Positions 48,654-58,461 are shown, counted from the stretch's first letter. The stretch: DNA of 64,000 bases from Halovenus sp. (GCA_036625385.1 JAZKTU010000001.1:14865-78864), one strand, 5' to 3'. A program made the numbers and translations. Notes: a model not told the origin generated them from the letters alone.

Positions 48654-49196
48654 TCAGGAGATGTGCCGGGCGACGTCGGCTTCGGTGATGATGCCGACCG
48701 TCTTCCCGTCCTCGACGACCAGAACGGCGTCGTTGTGGTCGAGGTGGGCGTCGACGGCGTCGATGGTTGCGTCCGGTTCGACAGTCGTCACGGCCTCGCC
48801 CATCACCTCCGCGACCGGGAGGTCACCGACGTTCTCCCCGGTGCGCTGGCGGATATCCGACATGCCGATGATCCCTTGCGGGGTGCCGTCGCGCAACACG
48901 GGCACCTGCGAATAGCTCTTTTCGTCCATCAGTTCGGTCGTCTCGCGGACACTTGCATCGGGTGCGACACTGATGACGGGCGAGTGCATCAGGTCGGCAG
49001 CCCGGAGCAACCCGCCTTCGGCCTCCTGAAGGGCGTTGACGATGCGCCGAAGCGTCGACAGCCGGGGGTCGACATCACCGCCCTCGATGCGGGCGATGAG
49101 TGGCTGTGAGACGTCTGCCCGCTCCGCCAGGTCACTCTGTGTGAGACCGAGGTCGTTCCGGCGCTCGCGCAAGTCTTCTGGCGTCGGGAGTTCCAT
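48654..49196 (-). CDS. HTH-CBS domain transcriptional regulator
   Basis: LTQSDLAERADVSQPLIARIE, DPRLSTL, paired CBS domains. Confidence 0.9.
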   Translation of the reverse strand: MELPTPEDLRERRNDLGLTQSDLAERADVSQPLIARIEGGDVDPRLSTLRRIVNALQEAEGGLLRAADLMHSPVISVAPDASVRETTELMDEKSYSQVPVLRDGTPQGIIGMSDIRQRTGENVGDLPVAEVMGEAVTTVEPDATIDAVDAHLDHNDAVLVVEDGKTVGIITEADVARHIS

Positions 49197-49699
49197 ACCA
49201 ATACATAACTCGAAGTAATACAAAAGTCCTGCGGCGGCGGACGGGCGGGTCGGTGTGGTTCATGCTCCGGCGAGTCGTGTGTTCCTCGCTCTGGGCCCGT
49301 CAGCTCTATCACCAACTATGAACGTGGGGACCAGCCCGGGACAGAGTCATTATGCTCTGAGAACCGTTCCATGACACCGTCACTCAAAGTCTGAGTTTTG
49401 TGTCGAGACGGGGCCGACTGGGAGTGGTCACGAGACTGCTGTCCGCACCCGCCGCGTGAGCCGTTATCACACCGGGCCAGGGAAGGCGTAGACACGCCAC
49501 TTGCCGTTTGACAGCCGCAGCTCGATCCTCATCACTGCGGTTTCCTCCTGTGCTACGACGAGCGTGAGTTCAACGGTCGCCTGCCCGTCCGACTGGTCGG
49601 TGACCTGCGTGTCCTCGATGCCAGTGTCCGATCGGCTGTCTCTCTGTATTCACCACGGCTGCCGAAACCTATCACTGATTGAGGGTTTCAACAAGGCCA

Positions 49700-49774
49700 T
49701 TCTGTCGGCTGTCCGTTCGTCAAAATACTCGGACCGGGGTGTCGAACTGCTTCAAAATGATACAGCCGGCAGTA
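49700..49774. mobile_element. Family C element, 75 bp, CCA duplication
   Basis: CCA|TTCTGTCGGCTGT...ACAGCCGGCAGTA|CCA. Confidence 0.8.
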
Positions 49775-49850
49775 CCAGTTTCGCTTCCCCGAGGAAAGCC
49801 GTCCGGGCCACGAACCGTCGACTGTCTCAAAATAGTCACAACGACCTGGA

Positions 49851-50228
49851 TCAGGCACTGTCGCCGTCGTCCGCAGTCGCGTCCCCTTCACCGGTCTCGA
49901 ACGTGTCGATCACCTTCAGCGGGACGTCACGCAGCGCGCCACCGATGTCGCTTTTCGCCACACGCTGTGCGTGTTCGACGCTCTCGACGTTGAACACGTC
50001 CATCTCCAGTTGGAGCCCGACGAGCGCCGTATCCGCCGCGACGAAGCCGGACTCGAACGGCTCGCCACAGGCGGGACACTCCGTGAATCCCACGTCGACT
50101 TCCACGTACTCCATTTCCTCCTCGTTGAGGCGTCTGCCTGCCTCGCTCACTGCAACACCGATCGCGTCGTCGACTGCCTCGACGTCGTACACCAACCAGG
50201 CAGCTTCCAGCACGACTCTGTAGTTCAT
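49851..50228 (-). CDS. DUF555/UPF0212 family protein
   Basis: [36 protein letters not shown]; a degenerate family A right arm (AAAATAGTCACAACGACCTGGA) abuts its stop. Confidence 0.85.
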   Translation of the reverse strand: MNYRVVLEAAWLVYDVEAVDDAIGVAVSEAGRRLNEEEMEYVEVDVGFTECPACGEPFESGFVAADTALVGLQLEMDVFNVESVEHAQRVAKSDIGGALRDVPLKVIDTFETGEGDATADDGDSA

Positions 50229-50509
50229 GCCCAAAACCTAACACGGCATCTACTCGGTTCTTTTGATTTCACACTGCGCGGTGCGCACGTCACGGGGATA
50301 ATACCCATAACTTATGATCATCGAACGCCGGACCAAGGACCCTATTACCCGGATAGACGCCGGCGGACCGGAACGTATACGCTCGAAAACATTTGTCTGA
50401 CGAACCGCAAGACGGGAGTGGGTATACTCACGAAAAAACATGGTAAATTATGAGGAATTTGGAGAGAAGATATATAAACGACGAGCCACCGAGAGACGGT
50501 TGAGCGACG

Positions 50510-50680
50510 ATGGAACGGCTCACCCGCGCAACCCTGTTCGCACTGTACCAGCTGACACTCGTCGCCGGCATCGCGCTGCTGCCGCTGGCGCTCGTGACTC
50601 GCAAGTTCGGATTCAAACTGCCGGTCGACCGGGCAGTGACCCGGACCAAAGAAGCGTACGAACAGGCCTGCCACGCCTGA
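50510..50680 (+). CDS. Small membrane protein upstream of psmB (56 aa)
   Basis: MERLTRATLFALYQLTLVAGIALLPLAL...; TATATAAA at 50471-50478. Confidence 0.7.
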   Translation: MERLTRATLFALYQLTLVAGIALLPLALVTRKFGFKLPVDRAVTRTKEAYEQACHA

Positions 50681-50758
50681 TACTGCCGGCTGTACGTTCG
50701 TCAAGATATTCGCGACCCCGGGGTGACGAATTCGTTCAAAACCTTACAGCCAGCAGTA
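50681..50758. mobile_element. Family C element, 78 bp, TGA duplication (left TGA = stop codon)
   Basis: TGA|TACTGCCGGCTGT...ACAGCCAGCAGTA|TGA. Confidence 0.88.
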
Positions 50759-50890
50759 TGAGCACGGTAAAGAGTGGCGACGACCGGAACGGGTGGGCAG
50801 ACGAGTGAGAAACAGTCGGAGCAGCCGGGTCGGCGACCCCACGGCCTCCAACGGGTACTTTCTTACGTCCCGAACTGGTAGCACGAGGTA

Positions 50891-51616
50891 ATGCAGGACT
50901 CGACGATTGGTCCCGACTTCGAGGGCGCACAGCAGTATCGCGGACGGTTCGAGACGGATCCCCACGAACCGGAACTCGGGTCGCTCCCGGAGAGCGACCG
51001 AAACGAGGAAGCAGTCAACAAGACCGGCACGACGACGATCGGTATCGCGACAGCGGAGGGTGTCGTCATCGCGACCGACAAGCGCGCGAGTCTCGGCGGC
51101 CGCTTCGTCTCGAACAAGAACGTCCAGAAGGTCGAGCAGATCCACCCGACTGCCGCGCTGACGCTCGTCGGCTCCGTCGGGGGCGCACAGTCGTTCATCA
51201 GGACGCTCCGTGCCGAGGTCAACCTCTACGAGGCGCGCCGCGGCAGGGACATGAGCATGACGGCCCTGTCGACGCTTGCAGGCAACTTCGCCCGCGGCGG
51301 CCCCTTCCTCGCGATCAACCCCATCCTCGGCGGCATCGACGAGGAGGGGAGCCACGTCTACAGTATCGACCCCGCCGGCGGCGTGATGGAGGACGACTAC
51401 ACCGTCACCGGATCGGGACTGACAGTCGCCTACGGGACGCTCGAGGACCGCTACGAGGAGGAGATGTCCCTCGAAGAGGCACAGCGTGTCGCCGGGGCCG
51501 GCGTCAAGGCCGCCGCCGAGCGCGACACGGGTTCCGGCAACGGGATTTATATCGCCGAGGTCACCGACGAGGGCGTGGACATCTCGGACTACGACCTCGA
51601 CGAACTCGACGTCTAG
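50891..51616 (+). CDS. psmB: Proteasome beta subunit
   Basis: Propeptide followed by KTG|TTTIG, DKRASLGG, RDTGSGNG. Confidence 0.93.
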   Translation: MQDSTIGPDFEGAQQYRGRFETDPHEPELGSLPESDRNEEAVNKTGTTTIGIATAEGVVIATDKRASLGGRFVSNKNVQKVEQIHPTAALTLVGSVGGAQSFIRTLRAEVNLYEARRGRDMSMTALSTLAGNFARGGPFLAINPILGGIDEEGSHVYSIDPAGGVMEDDYTVTGSGLTVAYGTLEDRYEEEMSLEEAQRVAGAGVKAAAERDTGSGNGIYIAEVTDEGVDISDYDLDELDV

Positions 51617-51649
51617 CGGGGTCCGGAAGACGGCCCAGCCGCGGCGGCG

Positions 51650-51871
51650 CTACGCTTGACCCAGTCTCTCGTCGTCGTAGACCGACGAGGCCGCGATCAG
51701 GAAGCCGGTCATTGCTGTCAGGAGCGCGACGCTACCGATGGCAAACACCGAGATAGTGAAGACAGTGCCGTCGAGTGTCTGTGCCGACGTCATGATCGAG
51801 ATGGCGGTGACGAAGGCGATGAGCGCGAGCAGTCTGCCGAACCGTCCGGTGTCGAGCCCGTTATCCGTCAC
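51650..51871 (-). CDS. Small membrane protein
   Basis: Two hydrophobic helices. Confidence 0.55.
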   Translation of the reverse strand: MTDNGLDTGRFGRLLALIAFVTAISIMTSAQTLDGTVFTISVFAIGSVALLTAMTGFLIAASSVYDDERLGQA

Positions 51872-52109
51872 TGTTTCTCACCACGTTTAGAATGCCCTTG
51901 TACTGTGGGTTCCCGAGCGAGTGGATAGACTGACAGATCCACAGGCCCGCAGTAAAGTTCAGCAGGGCAACAAAGGAGAGCCGACCGATTTCGCCCTCGA
52001 CAAAAAACGCCACCACGACGGCGGACACGAGGGCCGCCGCCATGAAGGCATGAGTGACAAGCGAACGAGTCCCGAAATCCTGCAACTGGTGAATTGCGCC
52101 AGAAGCCAT
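51861..52109 (-). CDS. Small membrane protein
   Basis: Two TM helices, LNFTAGLWICQSIHSLGN. Confidence 0.6.
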   Translation of the reverse strand: MASGAIHQLQDFGTRSLVTHAFMAAALVSAVVVAFFVEGEIGRLSFVALLNFTAGLWICQSIHSLGNPQYKGILNVVRNSDG

Positions 52110-52232
52110 ACACTTTCTCAGAGCTACTAGTATTTCAACCCGGTTATTCGAGGGTGAGAGGGGCGGGCCGGCGGGAGCCGGGGCGTCGACGGAAACAGGA
52201 GGATGATATGGCTCGGGCCTGAACGGAACGGT

Positions 52233-53588
52233 ATGGAACTGTTCGGGACGGCGGGAATCCGCGGGCCAGTGACCCGCGTGACTCCCGAACTGGCGCTCGC
52301 TGTCGGACAGGCAGTCGGCCAGGAGATGCCGGGAGAGAGGCCAACGGTGGTCGTCGGCCGTGACGGCCGGGAGACGGGGGCAACGCTCGCTGCAGCACTC
52401 GAAGCAGGACTGACGAGCGCCGGCGCCGACGTCGTCAGAGTAGGTCAGGTCCCGACGCCGACGCTCGCGTACGCCTCCCGGGGCCGCTACGGCGTCATGC
52501 TCACTGCCAGCCACAACCCGCCGCCGGACAACGGTATCAAGCTGTTCGCCGACGGGCAGGAGTTCGACAGCGCAGCCGAAACGAAAATCGAGCGACGGGT
52601 CGAGGCGGAAGACGGGGCCGCCCCGTGGGACGCGTGGGGGGCGACGAGGCGGACAGAGCCACTCCCCGGGTACCGGGCTGCGGTCGTCGAGTACGCCGGC
52701 AACTACGGCGGAGAGCCCGGCGGCATCACTATCGCGGTCGACTGTGGCAACGGGATGGCGAGCCTGGCAACGCCACAGGTCCTCCGGGAACTCGGGGCGG
52801 GCGTCCGGGCACTCCACGCGAACGTCGACGGGTACTTTTCAGCTCGCGAGAGCAAACCGACACCGGAGACGCTATCGGACCTGCGCGCGTTCGTCGCCGA
52901 CGGCGGGGCGGAGTTCGGCCTGGGACACGACGGTGACGCGGACCGCATCGTCGTCGTCGACGACGACGGGGACGTGGTCCACGAGGATACCGTGGTGGCG
53001 ATACTCGCCGCGCACTACACCCGCCGCTGCGACGCCGACGATCCGGTCGTCGTGACGACGCCGAACGCCTCGGCACGGATCGACGAGCGGGTTCGGGCCG
53101 CCGGCGGGCGCGTCGAGCGGGTCCGACTCGGGGCGCTCCACGAGGGGATCGAACGGGTCCGGAAGTCCGGCGGCCCCGGAACGGTCGTCGCCTTCGCCGC
53201 GGAGCCCTGGAAACACATCCACCCGGAACTGGGCGGCTGGATCGACGCCGTCGTGTCCGCGGCTGTCTTCACACAGCTGGTCGCGGCCAGCGGACTCGAA
53301 ACGCTGCGGGAGCCAGTAACCGAGCGTCCATACCGCAAGGAGAGCATCGCCTGTCCGGAAAAGAGCAAGGCTGCAGTCATGGACACACTCGAACGGACGC
53401 TCCCGGACGCGTTCCCGGACGCGACCGTCGAGACAGAGTACGGGATCCGGCTCGAACTGCCGGACAGCTCCTGGACGCTCGTGCGCCCCAGCGGGACGGA
53501 GCCGTACATCCGCATCTACGCCGAAAGCGAGGACGTCGACACGCTGGTGGCGACGGCCCGTGAGCACGTGGAAGCAGCTATCGAGTGA
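52233..53588 (+). CDS. Phosphohexomutase (PMM/PGM/GlmM family)
   Basis: FGTAGIRG, TASHNP, DGDADR, RPSGTEP. Confidence 0.92.
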   Translation: MELFGTAGIRGPVTRVTPELALAVGQAVGQEMPGERPTVVVGRDGRETGATLAAALEAGLTSAGADVVRVGQVPTPTLAYASRGRYGVMLTASHNPPPDNGIKLFADGQEFDSAAETKIERRVEAEDGAAPWDAWGATRRTEPLPGYRAAVVEYAGNYGGEPGGITIAVDCGNGMASLATPQVLRELGAGVRALHANVDGYFSARESKPTPETLSDLRAFVADGGAEFGLGHDGDADRIVVVDDDGDVVHEDTVVAILAAHYTRRCDADDPVVVTTPNASARIDERVRAAGGRVERVRLGALHEGIERVRKSGGPGTVVAFAAEPWKHIHPELGGWIDAVVSAAVFTQLVAASGLETLREPVTERPYRKESIACPEKSKAAVMDTLERTLPDAFPDATVETEYGIRLELPDSSWTLVRPSGTEPYIRIYAESEDVDTLVATAREHVEAAIE

Positions 53589-53622
53589 CGGGCGGGAACG
53601 CACAGTCTCGCGGAGGCAAAAC

Positions 53623-53988
53623 TCACTCCGACGTGTCGCTCGACATCACCTTGCCGGCGAGGGCACGGTTGTGTGCGACCTGCTTGTAGCCCCACTCCCT
53701 GAGTGCGGTGTAGCTGTCGTGCTGGTTGAGTTGGGCGACGACCGACCTGAGCGGGCGACCGATCTCCGACCGGACGAACGCCTGCTCGATTGACGCGCCA
53801 CAGGAGTAGACGGCGCTGTCGGTGACGAAGTGCGAACAGTCCTCGTAGTCCTCGGGCAGTCGGTCACGGAGGTCGTCTGTCAGATCCTCGTAGCCGACGA
53901 TACGCAGGTCAGCCGTGTCCTCGAAGAACTCGGCCCACCAGGTGCAAAAGCCACAGTCGTCGTCGTAGACGAGCACCGGGGTCTCCAT
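53623..53988 (-). CDS. DCC1-like thiol-disulfide oxidoreductase (DUF393)
   Basis: VYDDDCGFC. Confidence 0.85.
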   Translation of the reverse strand: METPVLVYDDDCGFCTWWAEFFEDTADLRIVGYEDLTDDLRDRLPEDYEDCSHFVTDSAVYSCGASIEQAFVRSEIGRPLRSVVAQLNQHDSYTALREWGYKQVAHNRALAGKVMSSDTSE

Positions 53989-54124
53989 ACCTCGCGGTAC
54001 GTGAGGCGGCTACTAATACGTAGTCCCGCTTTTCCCAGCCAGGGCCTTCACGTCGTGGCGCGAACGCCCCGAGCGTTCGGGAACTCGGGCAGTCGGAAGA
54101 ATGGTTGTGGGCCGGTCTCCCGTC

Positions 54125-54211
54125 TCAGATGAGCGAGACTGCGCCGTAGGCAATTGCCGATCCCACCATCAGGACCGTGAAGAAGATGGCAATCCACTGT
54201 TCACTGGTCAT
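54125..54211 (-). CDS. 28-aa single-TM microprotein
   Basis: MTSEQWIAIFFTVLMVGSAIAYGAVSLI; not in the supplied ORF track. Confidence 0.5.
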   Translation of the reverse strand: MTSEQWIAIFFTVLMVGSAIAYGAVSLI

Positions 54212-54298
54212 ACACTGCTTTCGCGGCCACGGGAATTAGGCGTTTCGCTCGGTGGATACCGGAGGCGTGTCGGCGGGAAACACGCAGGACTGATCGGT

Positions 54299-55357
54299 TC
54301 AGGCCACGCGGGCGTCGACGACGACGTGGCGGACCCCCTCACTGTAGCCTTTCACGTCCCGGGTGTCGAGGACCTCGACCGGTCGGTTCGCCCGGCCGGC
54401 TGCCTCGCGGATCCGTCCGACCGGGCGGTCGGGAACGAGGGCGTCCGGCGTCGCCTCGTGGACGTGCAAGACGCCATCCGGAGCCACAGCCGCGAACGCA
54501 CTGTCGAGATACTCGTAGGCGTCGTAGTAGCCCATCACGACGCGGTCGAAGGCGAAGGGTTCGGCACCGTCGGCGGCGGCGTCGAGGCCGCCAGCCACGA
54601 CGTCCCGACAGTCCGCACGGTAGGTCTCGACGCGGTCTTGTACGCCGTTGCTGACGGCGTTCTCGACGAGATATCCGAACGCGGCGGGGTTTCGCTCGAC
54701 CGCCGTCACGCGGGCACCGGCGCGTGCCATCGGGAGTGTGAAGTAGCCGATGCCGGCGAACATATCGAGGACGCGCTCGCCGCAGGTGGGTCGGTCAGAC
54801 CCGCCGACGACGTCTCCCATTCGCGCTCGCTCGGCCTTGTTCCCGGGCGAGAACATCACCTCCGCGAGGTCCATCGCGTAGGTCGTCCCGTGTTCCCGGT
54901 GGACGGTTTCCGTATCCCCTTCCCCGGCGATTACCTCGACGGAGGGCTCGCGGTGTTGACCGTCGATGCCCTCGCGTGCGAGGACAGTGTCAGCGCTCCC
55001 GTGCATCGCCAGAAGGGCGTCGCCGACCTCGCTGGGGCGGACGGCGTCGCCGATGTCTACGAGGATGACGCTCCCGATGACCGCCCACGACCCCGGAACG
55101 TCGACGAGCTCGGCGTCGGTCCAGCCACGCTCGCGCAGGTGGTCAGTGAGTGTCCGGAGGCGGGGTGGTCCCTCCTCGCGGATGACCTCGAGGACGTCAG
55201 TCCCGGTCGGCGGCGCAGTCACCGGGATGGCCACGGTCTCGGAACCACACTCGAAGACGCTGCGGTCGTCGTCGTAGACCCCCTCCTCGCGGAGCGCGCC
55301 GATGACGGCCTGTGCGCGCGCCTTCTCGACGACGGCAGCGAGGTGTTCCCCGGTCAT
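54299..55357 (-). CDS. Trm5/Taw2 family SAM-dependent tRNA-modifying enzyme
   Basis: MFSPGNKAERAR, VLDMFAGIGYF. Confidence 0.85.
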   Translation of the reverse strand: MTGEHLAAVVEKARAQAVIGALREEGVYDDDRSVFECGSETVAIPVTAPPTGTDVLEVIREEGPPRLRTLTDHLRERGWTDAELVDVPGSWAVIGSVILVDIGDAVRPSEVGDALLAMHGSADTVLAREGIDGQHREPSVEVIAGEGDTETVHREHGTTYAMDLAEVMFSPGNKAERARMGDVVGGSDRPTCGERVLDMFAGIGYFTLPMARAGARVTAVERNPAAFGYLVENAVSNGVQDRVETYRADCRDVVAGGLDAAADGAEPFAFDRVVMGYYDAYEYLDSAFAAVAPDGVLHVHEATPDALVPDRPVGRIREAAGRANRPVEVLDTRDVKGYSEGVRHVVVDARVA

Positions 55358-55491
55358 TCCCTGTCGGATGCCGGGGTCGCTGACGGTTATATTTCACTAT
55401 CAACCCGTGAGCGGTCCCCGAGCGTCCCGACAGGCCGGTGTCGTCCCACCCCGCCGAACCTTTCTTGAGGCTGCCCGGACCAGTATCAGGT

Positions 55492-58425
55492 ATGACCACG
55501 TTCGACGCTGGGTCCGTCACGCTCGAGAAGGTCCGCGAGCACGTCTGGGAGATCCCACAGGAGGACGGCATGCGGGTTCCGGCACGCGTGCTCGCGAGCG
55601 AGCGGTTGCTCGAGGAGATCAAGGAGGACAAGACCCTCCAGCAACTCAAGAACACGACGCACCTGCCCGGCATCCAGAAGTACGCCATCTGCATGCCCGA
55701 CGGCCACCAGGGGTACGGCTTCCCCGTGGGCGGGGTCGCGGGCATCGACGCCGAAGACGGCTGTATCAGCCCCGGAGCGGTCGGCTACGACATCAATTGC
55801 CTTCCGTCGGACGCGACGGTTCGTCTCTCCCACGGGAGACACATCAAAATCGGCGACCTACAGTCACGGTTCGAGCACGAGGAAGCGGCAGTCGCAGGCG
55901 ACGAACTCACGACATCGCCGATCAGGTTATTCACCGAATCCGACGAGAAACAGGTCCACGAGATCGAGACAGCAACCGGCGAGTGTCTCAAAGCGACGGA
56001 GGATCATCCGTTTCGCACACCTGACGGGATGGTCGAACTGGATGAACTCGAACCCGGGGACACCGTCCACGTCCAGCCGTTCCGTGGGATCGAACACGAG
56101 AACCCGGCGGACATCACACTGCTCACGGAAGCCGACTTTGCCGACAAGAATCCGCAGATCCGGCGAGTGCTGACCGATCGGGAGGTTCTTCCCCTGTCGA
56201 CGGCAGACGAAATCTTCGATCGCTTGCTCAAGGTTATCGGGTTCTTCACTGGCGACGGTTCGTTCGGCGGCGAGGGCCAGACGCGGTTCTACGGTGATCC
56301 CGAAGATCTAGAACAGATCCGGCAGGATGTCAGCGAGATAGGATTCAAACCTTCGAGGATCGACTCGCGCGACCGGAACCACGAGATAGACGGTAACACG
56401 TTCGAGTCAACCGAACACAGCTTCAAAACGACCTCGAAAGCGTTCCGGTTGCTTTTGCAAAAACTCGGCGCACCAGTCGGTGAAAAGATCGCATCGGGGT
56501 TCGAGACGCCCTGGTATTTCGAGGACCTTACCGACTGGCAGAAGGCGCTGTACTACTCTGCATACTTCGGTGCGGAGATGAACGCACCCGCGCCCCAACA
56601 CGACATGACCCTCTACCGCCCGAAAGTCTCGCAAAACCGCACAGTCGAAACCGTCGCAGCCGGTCGGTCGTTCCTCGAAAACCTCTCGCAGTTTTTCGAT
56701 GATATCGGCATTGAAACCAACCAAATGGAGGAACTCGAAGCCAGTACGAACAGTAATGCCGACATTGTCCGTCTCCGTCTTGGCGTCAAGAACGACACGG
56801 AGAACCTACGCAGGTTCTTTTCAAAAGTTGGATACCGATACGATCGGGCGAAACAGCGGAAAGCGATCAAGGCGATACAGTATCTCAAAACGAAAGAAGC
56901 GGAGATCCGACGACGGGAGCGGATGGCAAGCCAGGCAAAAGCACGTGCTGACGGCGGGGCAGCACCGCGGGATATCAACGACGAGTGCGAGAGAAACGAC
57001 CGTTTCATCGAGCGGAGTCCCTGGAGCGGGCGCTCAGGACGGCCGCGCCCGGGTGATGAGTTCCCGACGTTCGAGGCGTTCTGTAACTCGCTCGAGGTCA
57101 ACAACGACATGACGGTCAAGACGAAAATCGTCAGTATCGACGAAGCCGGAACGGAACCCGTCTACGATATTGGCGTCGAACACGATGCTCATAATTTCCT
57201 CGCAGATGGATTCGTAGTCTCGAACTGCGGAGTGAGAATGCTAAAGACAAATCTGGAATACGACGATATAAAAGGCCACGAGGAGGAACTCGTCGGGGCG
57301 CTGTTCGATGGTATTCCGTCGGGCCTGGGCGCGGGCGGCGTCTTCGAGGGGTCGCGCGGGGACGTCGAGGGGATACTCGAGCGGGGTGTCGACTGGGCAG
57401 TCGAGCAGGGGTATGGCATCGAGTCGGACCTCACCCACTGCGAAGACGAGGGGTTCCGGCCGGAGGCCGACGCGAGCGCCGTCTCGCAGAAGGCGAAAGA
57501 CCGCGGCAGCAACCAGGTGGGCAGTCTCGGCAGCGGCAATCACTTCCTCGAGGTCCAGCGCGTGACCGACGTCTACCGCGAGGACGTGGCCAGGGACTTC
57601 GGCCTCGAGCGGGACCAGGTCGTCGTGCTCATCCACTGTGGCTCCCGCGGACTCGGCCACCAGGTGTGTACCGACTACCTGCGTGATATCGAGCAGACCC
57701 ACCAGGGACTCCTGGACCGGCTCCCCGACAAGGAATTGGCCGCGGCCCCCGCCGGCTCGCAGCTTGCAGAAGAGTACTACGGGGCGATGTGTGCGGCCAT
57801 CAACTTCGCGTGGGTCAACCGCCAGCTCGTCATGCACCGCACCCGCGAGGTGTTCGCCGACGTGTTCGACCGTCCGTGGGAGGACATGGGGATGGAGTTG
57901 CTCTACGACGTGGCCCACAACATCGCAAAGCGGGAACTCCACGACGTGGCGGTCGACCCCGAGGGACAACCGGCGGGGAAGGGGGAGGCCGTCGACCAGG
58001 AACAGAGGGAACTGTTCGTCCACCGGAAAGGGGCGACGCGGGCGTTCCCCGCCGGCCACCCGGAACTCCCGCCGGTCTACAGCGACGTCGGCCAGCCGAT
58101 CATCATCCCGGGGAGTATGGGGGCGGGAAGCTACGTTCTCAGAGGGGGCGAGCAGTCGATGGCAGAGACCTTCGGCTCGACAGCCCACGGTGCCGGGCGA
58201 CTCATGTCCCGGACGCAGGCCAAAAACGAGTACTGGGGCGAGGACGTCAGAGACGGCCTGCGCGAACAGAGCAGCATCTACGTCAAGGCACAGAGCGGCG
58301 CGACGATCGCCGAGGAAGCCCCGGGCGTCTACAAGGACGTCGACGAGGTGGTGCGGGTCTCGGACGCGCTGGGCATCGGCGACCGCGTCGCGCGGACCTA
58401 CCCCGTCTGCAACATCAAAGGGTAA
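55492..58425 (+). CDS. rtcB: RNA-splicing ligase RtcB precursor containing an intein
   Basis: MPDGHQGYGFP, GYDIN|C, GSLGSGNHFLE, HRKGATR, HGAGR, EEAPGVYKD. Confidence 0.95.
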   Translation: MTTFDAGSVTLEKVREHVWEIPQEDGMRVPARVLASERLLEEIKEDKTLQQLKNTTHLPGIQKYAICMPDGHQGYGFPVGGVAGIDAEDGCISPGAVGYDINCLPSDATVRLSHGRHIKIGDLQSRFEHEEAAVAGDELTTSPIRLFTESDEKQVHEIETATGECLKATEDHPFRTPDGMVELDELEPGDTVHVQPFRGIEHENPADITLLTEADFADKNPQIRRVLTDREVLPLSTADEIFDRLLKVIGFFTGDGSFGGEGQTRFYGDPEDLEQIRQDVSEIGFKPSRIDSRDRNHEIDGNTFESTEHSFKTTSKAFRLLLQKLGAPVGEKIASGFETPWYFEDLTDWQKALYYSAYFGAEMNAPAPQHDMTLYRPKVSQNRTVETVAAGRSFLENLSQFFDDIGIETNQMEELEASTNSNADIVRLRLGVKNDTENLRRFFSKVGYRYDRAKQRKAIKAIQYLKTKEAEIRRRERMASQAKARADGGAAPRDINDECERNDRFIERSPWSGRSGRPRPGDEFPTFEAFCNSLEVNNDMTVKTKIVSIDEAGTEPVYDIGVEHDAHNFLADGFVVSNCGVRMLKTNLEYDDIKGHEEELVGALFDGIPSGLGAGGVFEGSRGDVEGILERGVDWAVEQGYGIESDLTHCEDEGFRPEADASAVSQKAKDRGSNQVGSLGSGNHFLEVQRVTDVYREDVARDFGLERDQVVVLIHCGSRGLGHQVCTDYLRDIEQTHQGLLDRLPDKELAAAPAGSQLAEEYYGAMCAAINFAWVNRQLVMHRTREVFADVFDRPWEDMGMELLYDVAHNIAKRELHDVAVDPEGQPAGKGEAVDQEQRELFVHRKGATRAFPAGHPELPPVYSDVGQPIIIPGSMGAGSYVLRGGEQSMAETFGSTAHGAGRLMSRTQAKNEYWGEDVRDGLREQSSIYVKAQSGATIAEEAPGVYKDVDEVVRVSDALGIGDRVARTYPVCNIKG
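55798..57225 (+). mobile_element. Intein with LAGLIDADG homing endonuclease (476 aa)
   Basis: Starts CLPSD; block B LKATEDHPF; LAGLIDADG-like IGFFTGDG and SAYFGAE; block F/G VYDIGV...NFLADGFVVSN|C. Confidence 0.92.
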
Positions 58426-58461
58426 CACGCGCAGTCTCGCCGGGCCACTGCTGTGGACTCA

